Source: Zootoca vivipara (lineage: Eukaryota). Taken from it: a stretch of DNA of 64,000 nt. Location: assembly GCF_963506605.1 (NCBI RefSeq), contig NC_083288.1, positions 43,028,001 to 43,092,000 of the forward strand. The letters are read 5' to 3'. The translations under genes were made by a program, and so were the position numbers. The notes under the pieces were generated by a model that was not told the DNA's origin, searched no databases, and saw nothing but the letters and a program-made list of their open reading frames with translations. Shown in pieces: positions 1-10,484 of this stretch. Each line of letters opens with the position of its first letter. Position 1 is the first letter of the stretch.

Positions 1-759
1 TCCGGAACAGGCTTCCAGAGGCCACATGTGGGGCAAGAGGCAAAAGAGTGAGCAGCAAAAAATTTAAGTTTTGCCTTTGCATAGTACACAAGTATGTGCA
101 CACACTCACAAGTCAAGTAAGGGGAATGATCGGAGTTCAAGGACACATTCCAGTGAGGCAAAATATATCCGGGTGTGGAGCTGGCTAGTAAGGGGTTTCA
201 CGTGGGGGAAATTCCAAATATCAGCATAATATTCAGCTCCCAGATCTGGAATTCCCAAGCCCTGTTCCCAAGCTAGAAAGGTCTGCACTCAGCACCCTGT
301 CTAGATCTACTGATGAGTGCATTTCATCTAGCAAAGCTTTTCATCTTGTGTTATTCCCCAGAACGGATTGTTTGTAGGTATAGTTTGGGTTTAATGCTCC
401 GGCTTGTATGATGCTGTATCTACACCATCTATTACAGCCACCATATAGTCAGCAGGGTGTTGTGGTTAGATCAGTGGTTCTTTCTACTGTTTCCAAGAGG
501 TGTAATGCTATTAATGTAACCTGGCTATATTTATTACACTAAAATGTTGCTTTTTCTATGTTGTTACATTTGCTATTCTGTTGTTCTTTTATTCTGATAT
601 TGTTCTTGACACTGTTGATTTTGAGATGTGTTCCTGTATTCTTGTAGTTAGCTACTTGGAGGAAGATTCTTTCAGTGGAAGTGCAGTGTACAAATAAAAT
701 TATGAATGAATGATTGAACTGTACTTTCAGTCTTTCCAGCACAGATGTTAAGCTAACCA

Positions 760-920
760 ATTTGCTACCAAGGAGTGTGGTGGAGTCTCCTTCTTTGGAG
801 GTCTTTAAGCAGAGGCTTGACAGGCATATGTCAAGAATGCTTTGATGGTGTTTCCTGCTTGGCAGGGGGTTGGACTGGATGACCCTTGTGGTCTCTTCCA
901 ACTCTATGATTCTATGATTC
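760..920 (+). mobile_element. CR1 LINE 3' end
   Basis: GGGTTGGACTGGATGACC..TTCCAACTCTATGATTCTATGATTC tail; absent at the paralogous site ~12047. Confidence 0.85.
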
Positions 921-1511
921 AGTCTATAATTTCTAGGGCCTTAAAGTCGATTGAAGCCAAACTCATCTTAAGTGAACTTGGAAGTTTCTGCAGTACAGCC
1001 CTAGGCAGGGAATGAATAGTCTCTGGCAGAAATCATAAGATGGGCAACATCTGGCATTGGAAGATGTGGAGTGTCATCTGGGATGCCGAGTTGCTCCTTG
1101 CTCTCTGGGTATCTCATTACAAATGAACAGAAGTGCAACAGAGAAGATGCAGGAGAATAAAGTTAATAAATGAGCCACAAATGGGAGGAGGAAAGTATAT
1201 GGCAAATTATGGAATACTTTTTTGGGGGGGGGGTTGCTTGAGGATCGTCTGCAAATTTGAATATTTGAAAATAAATAACTTTATAAAGAATACAACAAAA
1301 AACAAATGAACAGAAGTCAGGACTGCAGAGAATACAAACTTAGGGTGGGTATTGAACTATATTTAGCTCACTCCACAAACATCATTTTTAAAGGGGATTT
1401 CTGGCATCATCATATTAATCTGTCAGTTTGTGAATACCAATGAGACCTGCACAGACCAAGCTGAGTAACTTCAGTTTCAAGTGTCATGAATCTAGCATGG
1501 CATTTGCTCAA

Positions 1512-1984
1512 TGTTGGGATTCTGGTGAACACAGAGAATCACTGGAACACAGAAACACTGGAGGCGTTCTGATTCTATGGGTGTCTGCCTACAAGTGATA
1601 CGTGCAATTTCCCTTGTTCTGAGTTCAGTTTTGATTTTGAGTCTGAGAGTCCGAGTATGAGTCTCTGCCGGAGAGGAATGTGTAGGAGAGAGTTCTAGAG
1701 ATAAGAGCTGCAAACATGCAGCTAGCTTCTGTTGGTTTTGCTGTTTTTTATTATTCTTCTGTCATAAAGTTGAGTTAGATTAGAAGCCACTGAGTTTAGT
1801 GTGTTTTATTGAAGACACAGACTGCCATTGTTCCAGCTGCGCTGCAACTCTGCTGGGTCTGAACAAGAAGAAGCTTTGCAGAGCGAGCTGGGGAGCGTGC
1901 TGGGCAGCCATTGAAGATTGGCTGTGTGGGTCTAAGGATTTATGACCCACTAATGAACTTTACAATACTACATTTACTACAACA
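1512..1984. mobile_element. Solo-LTR-like insertion
   Basis: TGTTG...CAACA termini; absent from units B and C (ctcaatggtccc). No clean TSD. Confidence 0.6.
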
Positions 1985-2172
1985 GTCCCTGGTTGTACAA
2001 AGTTGAGAATATAAATATCATCTGCTCCTAACTATGATAGTTACATCCACATAGTTTCCTGCTACAAATTGCACTATCTGGGACCCTTAATTCCCATAAC
2101 ACAATCAAATGATCACACGAGCTGGATGATTGCAGCCGTCACATCTAAGTGCCTGTAAATCTCAATGATATT

Positions 2173-2192
2173 ATTATCCTCTCTGTAATTAT
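2173..2192 (+). promoter_or_regulatory. Candidate conserved V2R promoter element ATTATCCTCTCTGTAATTAT
   Basis: The same 20-mer (18-20 of 20 matching) lies upstream of genes 1-5, also at 12812, 22788, 34598 and 45845. Confidence 0.55.
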
Positions 2193-2438
2193 GAAATTAA
2201 GCATGGAAGCTTCGTTTCCACATATCAAGGGAGCTGCAAATATGAGCTGTATTATTAACAATGAAGATAGGAGGGTGCTGTGAATATTGCCTGTACAATT
2301 CCAAGGTGTAACAAGAGATAGCCAGGGCTTGGTCAGGCTAATAACAGATGCTTTACACTGCACAATCTGACTCACAAATCAATGTAGTGTTGACTTAAGT
2401 TAGGCTACCCAACACAGCAAAGGACTTACTGAAAGAGA

Positions 2439-5400
2439 ATGTGGGGACAGGGGAATTTAGGCAGAAGAGGAATTATTTCATGCAAGATAGTTGGATTTGT
2501 CCTATTGCTACCAGTGCTTCTACTTCAGGGGATGTGCAAGATTCCTAACACCTGGAGCACATGCAGTCCCCTACCTTTTCTTCACAAGTATTACCAGCCA
2601 GGAGACCTCATCGTTGCTGGTATTATGTCTCAGATCTCCATATTATTCAACCCAATAGAGTTCGATAAATGTCCTTCTAATGACCTCTTTGATGACATTG
2701 TGTAAGATTTGTTTTGTAAAAACCTCTGGTGCCATATGTTGTTATATTAATTTTCTCTAGGAGTGCCAGGCCCATAGTTCAGTGTTAGATCCAGTGAATG
2801 AGAGGACATATTCCTTTGCCCAATAGTTGCATCATCCCTGTAGCTAAACCATATTAATCATCATCTGTTATCCTTTTAGTTGTGACAGGCATAAATCTAA
2901 TATCGGCTTAAGGAGTTTCAGGACTTTTGTTGTTGTTGTTTAGTCGTTTAGTCGTGTCCGACTCTTTGTGACCCCCTGGACCATAGCACGCCAGGCACTC
3001 CTGTCTTGCACTGCCTCCCGCAGTTTGGTCAAACATGTTCGTAGCTTTGAGAACACTGTCCAACCGTCTCGTCCTCTGTCGTCCCCTTCTCCTAGTGCCC
3101 TCAATCTTTCCCAACATCAGGGTCTTTTCCAAGGATCCTTCTCTTAGTTTCAGGACTGCAATACCTCAAAACTGCCAGGCCCCATATGAACTAACCCAGA
3201 CCATGCAATCATCACCTGAGGCCTTTCTTTGTGTGCCTCCTTGACAAGAGGTTCAGGGCCTTTTTCTGCAGTGGCTCCCCATTTGTAGAATACTCTGCTG
3301 AAAAAGGCTCACCTGGTGCCTTTGTTACATTTCTTTAGGTGCCTTATGTATTTTTGTGTTTTTATATTGTAAACTACCCTGTGATCCTTGGATGAACACA
3401 TGTATAGAAATTTAATTTAAAAAATAACTAGATTTAAACACAATGGTTTAGAGCCGGAACCTTTGCATGTTAATATTCCTCCAGATTTACCTGAATTGAG
3501 ATTGATCAGTATGATAGTATTGGTTCAGCTGAGGTGTGGCAATTGTCCCATGCAGAAGGAAATCACTGTGTTATAGCATGTAACTATTATTTCAGGGTTA
3601 TGACACAGCTCTACCAACATATTCTGGCATTAGTATTTGCTGTAAAAGAGATCAATGCAGATGTCCAAATCTTACCCAACCTCACCCTGGGCTTCCACAT
3701 CTACAACAGCCATTTTAGTCAAAGCTGGACCTATCGTGCTGCCTTGGAACTCCTCTCTACGTACAGCAGATTCATCCCCAACTACAAGTGTGACACCCAG
3801 AATTATCTAGCAGCAGTCATTGGAGGTCCGAACTCTGAGGTTTGTCTTCATATGGCAAATATACTGAGCAACTACAAGATTCCACAGGTAACATTCTCTC
3901 AGAGGTGTCTCCTGATAGTAAATTACCCAGACCATTCGGTCTTTTTTTCAGGCCAAAGGATGGAACTTTGCAAGTGCCGATGATCAGATGTCCCTTCGCA
4001 AATGTTACTGTGTTGATCCTTTGTCCGTTCTTTTTCATTTGTTTCTCCCCTTGTTGCTTAATATGTAACGTTATTAACTGCCTTGGAAACAAATGATGAT
4101 GAATTTGATAAATATATTAATACAAATAATTGAAATAAGCTGGCTGAGGGGATACAGGAAGGTGTCCTTCAGATGTTATTGAAATCCAACTTTCATCAGC
4201 CCCAGCCAGCAAGGGCAATGTGCTCATAGATTATGGGAATACTTATCCTACAATGGAATATGGTGGAAGCCCTGTTATGCCAGTGCAATGTATGACATGA
4301 CACTACCATGAAAGGTAACTGAGAATAATTTCTTGAGTAGATTGCCACAACCCTCGACCAGAATATATACTATGTGCTACTACAATTTCACCGGTTATAA
4401 CTTTTTTCTACCTTTTTGTGGATTGCTCAGTGTACCTGTACCTTTGAATTATTTAAGTTTGAGGAAAAAGCAAGTTCCCATGTCAGCAACACTCCCTCAA
4501 AACAAAATCTGAAATCTAGATTGTAGTCAATACAAGTTAACATAGAAAAACACTGCATACTTAAATAAAATTTCTCATCTCCTCATTTCCTGTCATTAAT
4601 TTAGCTCGTATATGGTCCTACTCCAATGAGAAATATTAAAACTGAAGTCGCTTTCTATAACCAAATGTTCCCAAATATAGACCATCAATATGAAGGGATT
4701 CTGAAGTTACTGCTACACTTCAGATGGCTATGGACTGGTGTGGTGATTGTGAATGATGAGAATGGAGAGAGATTTCTACAGAGTGTGGTTCCAAAATTTA
4801 TTCTGAGAGGAATCTGCTTTGATTTCATAGGAAGATTTCCATCCATTTCTTATTCTAGTGGTATTACGGACTTGGTTGCAGATGGGCTCAAGACATTTAA
4901 TGTTGCCATGAGAAGTACTGCTAATGTGTTGATCATTCATGGGGAAATTGATTCCATGACACTTTTGAGAATGTCTCCTGATATTTCAGAATATGAAGAT
5001 ATACCAATAAAGGCTACAGGTAAAGTTTGGGTCATGACGGTTCAGATGGATTTCACATCACTTCCCTTTCAGAGAGATCAGGACATAGACTTCCTCCATG
5101 GTTCCCTATCCTTCACCATTCACTCAAAGGAGGTCTTGGGATTCAAGGAATTTGTTCAGATGAGAAATCCCATTTTGGAAAAAGAAGATGGCTTTATGAG
5201 GATATACTGGGAAAAGGCATTTCAGTGTCATTTCGTTGACTCTGAGGAAAATATGCAGGATGGAGATATTTGCACTGGGGAGGAGAAGCTGGAGGCTCTT
5301 CCTGGCTCTATTTTTGAAACAAGCATGACTGGCCACAGCTATAGCATCTACAATGCAGTCTATGCTGTGGCACATGCCATGCATGTCATCCATTCATCTA

Positions 5401-8400
5401 AATTCAAGCACAGAGTGGATGAAGGGTGGCTGAAGCTTTGGAATCAACAGATGTGGAAGGTAATATCTGTTTGGTTTCTTGAATAATCAAAGTTACTTTC
5501 GAGCCGGTCTAATGTCAATATTGTCTGTTTAAGAAAAACAGGTGCCGGTAATTTCTGTTTAATTGCTCACAGGCATGGGCTCCACTCCATGTAAATAAGG
5601 CTCTGTTGGAAAGCATTTTGTGTGGTAGTTGTGTGGGAGTATGGTGGGAGATTTGGAGAGGTTTGAAGGGTCGGAATGTGGGTATGTAAAGTTGCTGGGA
5701 GAGAAAGTGTTTATCTTTAGTTTAAAGTCTCTTCCGAGTCAGTTTGTTTTTCTGTTAAAGAAAGCCAACCTTTTGTTTTTCTTCTGTATACTTTGAAGGT
5801 ATACTGCTAGTCAGGGGTTTCATGCTAGATTGGTCTTTAAACACTTGGTGGTGTATTTTAGCCAATTCAACTTCTGTTTGCGTATTTTGTTTTTCTATAA
5901 ACTCTGCGTGAAGCGTACTTTGTAGGGCCACTGGGAAACTGGGGTATATGATTTATGTTGGCACTCTTAATACCCAGTTTTCCCCAATATTATATCGCAA
6001 TAGTATCATGAGCACAATAATGCAGGAATGCTTACCATAGCCCTGGGAACATAGCTGCCAAGTTATCCCTTTTTTACAGGGATTTTCCCTTATGCTGAAT
6101 AGGCTTCCTCTCAAGAAAAGCAAAAACTTGGCAGCTATGCCTGGGAATAGTAATAGAAATAAAGAATCCAGAGTGTTTCTACCAAGGGTGGTTAGCATCT
6201 AAAGACATGTGACATTGAAAACATACTGTAGCTCACTGTTGTGTGAATATGTTTTACATCTGCCAAGAGAAGCTGCTAGGGACCGCACTCAGGACTGTGA
6301 CTGACTCATACTGAATGGGATTAGGTCTTTCTCACTAATAGGAGATTACACCAGAGGTTTTTTTTCTCTCTCTCTCTCTCTCTGTCATTGCTCTTAATGA
6401 AAAGAGCTTATTAAAAAAAAACCGTTAGTGAAATTAAATGCCCATTTGTATGTAGAGAAAGAGAATATACAGGAGTTGATTGTTCCACATTCACTAATTT
6501 AAGGCCATGAGAAGATCCTGCTGGACCAGGACATTGGCCCATCTAGTCCAGCATCCTTCTTCATCAAAAGGAGATGATGGTGATGTAGTGCTCAATGACT
6601 TCTATTACATCCATTACTGGTCTTTATGAATCTTTTGAAGGGCCCATTGCTCACATCCCTCAAGTAGGAAAGTTAATCATCAACCTGTTATATTTACTTA
6701 TGAAATACCCTTCTTTTCCCATCTTTCCCCCTGCCTAATTTAGCTTAGCTGCTTGGTGAGAAATAGCTTCTTTAATAATAGTGCTGGGGAAAAAGTTTAT
6801 TTCAACCAAAATGACCATTTTGCCAGTTTCCAAGAAGTCCAGAAATAAACAGTAAATTGCAAGAAGTCAGGCCATTTTGGCAGTCTTCAAGAAGTGTCAT
6901 GGAAATACTTCTGTCTCTAGTCCTAAGGCAGGGATGGGGAACCTTCAGCCCTCCAGATGTTTCTGAACTGCAACACCCATACTCCAAGCAAGCATAGCCA
7001 ATACCTGTAGGTCCCGCGGCCTACAACTACAAAGTCTACCTAGAAGTCTATGTGGTTGTACATGCTTTGCATTCCATGCATTCATATAGACTCAAAGGCA
7101 AAATGACAGTGGATGAAGAAATACATTTCAGAATGAGCGGTTGTAGACGGTAATGTCCCGAGCATGCTAAAAGTGGAGTAGAAATGGTGATGGATCAGTC
7201 CAAAGGCTTCCCAAGGCAGCCAACTTGATACATGTAGGAAGTGCTCAATCAGGACATTATGGCAATAGGCCACTCCCAACAGTCTGGTGTTCAGAGGCAC
7301 AATGCCCCTTTTTCTGGAGCAAGTATATAGTCATTGTGGCTTATAGCCATATATATATCTAATTTCGTCCATGACTTTGTCTAATCTCCACTGCTCACCA
7401 GATGCAAAGGAATAAAGAGAGAATCTAGATTCTCTGGGAAGTCCAAAAGGTGATAATGTTAAGCATGGAGCAGGATTTTTTCCTGCTTCTGCCTTCCACC
7501 ACATCACTGTTATAAATGTACTAGTGGCTATACCATTCTGACCTGTTCAGTGGCTGCCCAGTCATTTCCTTCATTAGTACTACTGTTACATTTTATTATT
7601 GTAGTTTATTACTGTATCTGTTTATCGTATGTATCTCTCAATGTTCCTGCAATAAGCTCAAGGTGGCCTATAGTCCTCTTCCTCCATTCATATCCATTCT
7701 TCCTTGGTATAAAGCTTTTAAACAAATTCAGTAATCGAGTGTGAATGATCACCAGCCTTTTGTATATCCATATGAATTGGCTGTCTTTTATTTTCTTTCT
7801 TTTTCTACTCATTTTCCTGGAAAAAAAAACCCCAGCTCAACCACTTTGTTAAAAGCATCTCATTTAATAATAGTGGTGGGGAAAAAGTTTCCTTCAACCG
7901 AAATGGAGAGTTAGAGTCTGGATTTGATATTATGAACTGGGTTACATTTCCAAACCAGTCCTTTCGGAGAGTGAAAGTTGGAAAGATCGACCCCATGGCT
8001 CCCCAAGAAGAAGCGTTCAGCATTAGTGAAGAAGCCATTGTGTGGCCCAGCTGGTTTAACCAGGTGAGATAAATTCATATTTTGTAGCTTATCCATCACT
8101 TCTGCAATGATTTACACTTCAGATACTGACCTAGCTCTGTGCTATGTTCATCCATGTGCTTAATGTAGGAGTCAGGGCATGGCTGTAGAGCTCTTCCATG
8201 TTTTGCCAATTAAGTAACACTCATTAAATGCACTATTGCACTGCTACCACCAAATTTGCCACCTGGGAAAAAAGTAAAACTTTATAAATTTACAGGTGGC
8301 CATCTTCATGTAGGGCAAGGCAGCATAAGGATTCCTTCTATCACAATGGGGCTTGCTTGTTTCCTTTCCCTACCCAAATCTGTGAAATATGACTCTCCCT

Positions 8401-10484
8401 TCCCTTGGCCCACATCAGTGAAGTAGGCAAGGGTGTCTGTTTGCCTGGGTAACCCAGGAGCTCGACACACACCACCCAGGTTTGGTACTGCTAATGCAGC
8501 GGTTCAACTTTCCCCCCAGAGATGTATTACATTGGATGATAATAACAACAACAGTTGCCTCCATCTGTGGAGACAGAGCAAAGCCATCATGGCAAGTAGC
8601 CATTGATTGCCCCTTCCTATTTGTCTCTTGCCTCTTCCACCATAAAATGAGATAGTTCAGCAAGTTAACAGAATATAATACACTATATTGCAAAATAGAA
8701 AACATTATCCTCTTACATTTTTGGACAGGCACAACCCCTTTCTCTTTGTAATGCCAATTGTCCTTTGGGTTATCAGAAAACAAAGAAGGAAGGGAAACCA
8801 TTTTGCTGCTATGATTGCATTACATGCCCGGAAGGGAAGATTTCCAACCAGACAGGTAAGAGAGAGGATGTATACAGCCTTTCAAATATACTGACATTAA
8901 GATGTTAAGACTCTCACTTCCCTTCCGGGGTTCAGTTGTTCAGGAAATTCAGGAAAGTTGTTCAGAATTCAGTGAAGGTTGTGGTTCCTGATATGAGGAT
9001 ATATCCTGATATATTCAATAATATCAGTCCAAGCCATAGACATCTGGTAATTATGTACACCAAAAAGAAGAATAAATGAAATGAATCACCACTCAGATGA
9101 AGGAGGTATCATAAGCTGAAGGAAACTGAAACTTTCAGAAATATGAAAGAACATCAGGGGAAAGCTAACGGTGCAATAGCCTCCCTCTCTTAAAAACAAG
9201 ACCCAAGAACCATCTTTCATAATTCAGAGAAGTGCTAAAACTGAAACACAACTGTGTTCCAGTTGACATATTAGTCTGGGAAGTTCAAATCATGTTGGGA
9301 TGTTAAAAAATGTGAACAAGTAAAATCTGCTAGAATCGTGACCGTAAGTGACAACATTGAGCTTCAGGAGCTGAGTTGGGTCCTAAGATCTAGGGGGTGG
9401 GGGGGTGGGACATTAACCATTCCTGAATATGGCATTTTGCTAATAATATAATTACATGAGAAGTGTGGCCGATTATTTTTCAGATATCAAGCTGGCAGCC
9501 CTTATTTCAGGTTTTGTTGTTTTCATTTTGATCAATTTCGTATTATGCGTGTAGTTGTGCTCCTACAGCTTTTCTTTTTCAGACATGGATGAATGCTTTC
9601 AGTGCCCACCAGATCATTACCCAAACATGGAAAAGGATTCATGCTTGCCAAAGGACATACATTTCTTGTCTTATGGTGAACCACTGGGGATCTCTTTGAC
9701 CTGTTTTGCTCTTTCCTTATCCTTCCTTACAGCTTTGGTGCTTCCGATTTTCATTAAGCACCGAGACACTCCCATAGTCAAAGCCAACAACCGCAACCTC
9801 TCCTACACTCTCCTCATCTCCCTCTTGCTTTCTTTCCTTTGTGCTTTGCTATTCATCGGTCAACCTGAGAAAGTGACATGTCTCCTTCGACAAACAGCTT
9901 TTGGCATCATCTTTTCCGTGGCTGTTTCTTGTGTGCTGGCCAAGACAATCATTGTGGTCCTTGCTTTCATGGTCACCAAACCAGGATCTGACATGAGGAA
10001 ATGGGTGGGGAAACAACAGGCCATTTCCATTGTTCTTTCCTGTTCCTTGATTCAAGCTGCTCTTTGTACTGTGTGGCTGGCAACTTCTCCCCCATTCCCA
10101 GATTTAGACATGCACTCAATGAGTAAAGAAATTATTCTGGAATGTAATGAAGGGTCAGTCACCATGTTCTACTGTGTCTTGGGGTTTATGGGCTTGCTGG
10201 CCATTGTCAGCTTCTCTGTAGCCTTCCTAGCCAGGAAGTTACCTGACAGTTTTAATGAAGCCAAGTTTATTACCTTCAGCATGCTGGTATTTTGCAGTGT
10301 GTGGCTGTCCTTTGTTCCAACATATTTAAGCACAAAAGGAAAATATATGGTGGCTGTGGAGATCTTCTCCATCTTGGCCTCCAGTGCTGGTTTACTAGGC
10401 TGTATATTTTCCCCAAAATGTTATATTATTGTAATGAAGCCAGAGCTGAACAGCAAGGAGCAGTTAAGAAGACGAAATCAGTGA
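2439..10484 (+). CDS. Vomeronasal type-2 receptor (V2R, class C GPCR), gene 1, ~888 aa, 6 exons
   Basis: Exons 2439-2701, 3596-3887, 4605-5459, 7836-8063, 8729-8855, 9583-10484 (263/292/855/228/127/902 nt), all GT-AG and frame-compatible. Signal peptide; Venus-flytrap motifs ([42 protein letters not shown]); Cys-rich CCYDC..CPEG; 7TM with TPIVKANN and [15 protein letters not shown]. Confidence 0.93.
2926..3145 (-). mobile_element. Bov-B (RTE) LINE 3' fragment
   Basis: [21 protein letters not shown], (CAA)n tail, 12-bp TSD AGTTTCAGGACT (2914-2925 / 3146-3157); empty site in gene 2 at ~13560. Confidence 0.92.
5468..6002. mobile_element. Solo-LTR-like insertion 8 nt into intron 3 of gene 1
   Basis: TG...GCAATA termini, imperfect 5-bp TSD ATATC/GTATC; genes 2 and 3 show the empty site GGTAATATCATGAGC. 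Confidence 0.65.
6744..6813 (+). pseudogene. Fossil 5' part of a gene-3-type V2R exon 4 in intron 3 of gene 1
   Basis: Reads [23 protein letters not shown] versus gene 3 exon 4 [23 protein letters not shown]. Acceptor TTTAG and upstream intron match 26400-26558; the rest of the exon and its donor are deleted. Confidence 0.88.
7018..7149 (+). pseudogene. Fossil 3' end of a V2R exon 3 from another paralog, in intron 3 of gene 1
   Basis: Reads [25 protein letters not shown].., homologous to [16 protein letters not shown]. Frameshift and stop near the end, followed by donor GTAATG. Confidence 0.8.

Noticed and set aside
106-288. 60-aa - strand ORF repeated at 11393-11575
   Set aside because: Recurs only because of the segmental duplication; it is disrupted in the third unit and has no recognisable domain.
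310-335. CTGATGAG resembling a hammerhead core (also at ~11597 and ~53063)
   Set aside because: No stem II followed by GAAA.
2145-2375. 76-aa antisense ORF conserved upstream of genes 1-3
   Set aside because: Conservation is explained by recent duplication; GTG start, no motif, and not seen at genes 4-6.
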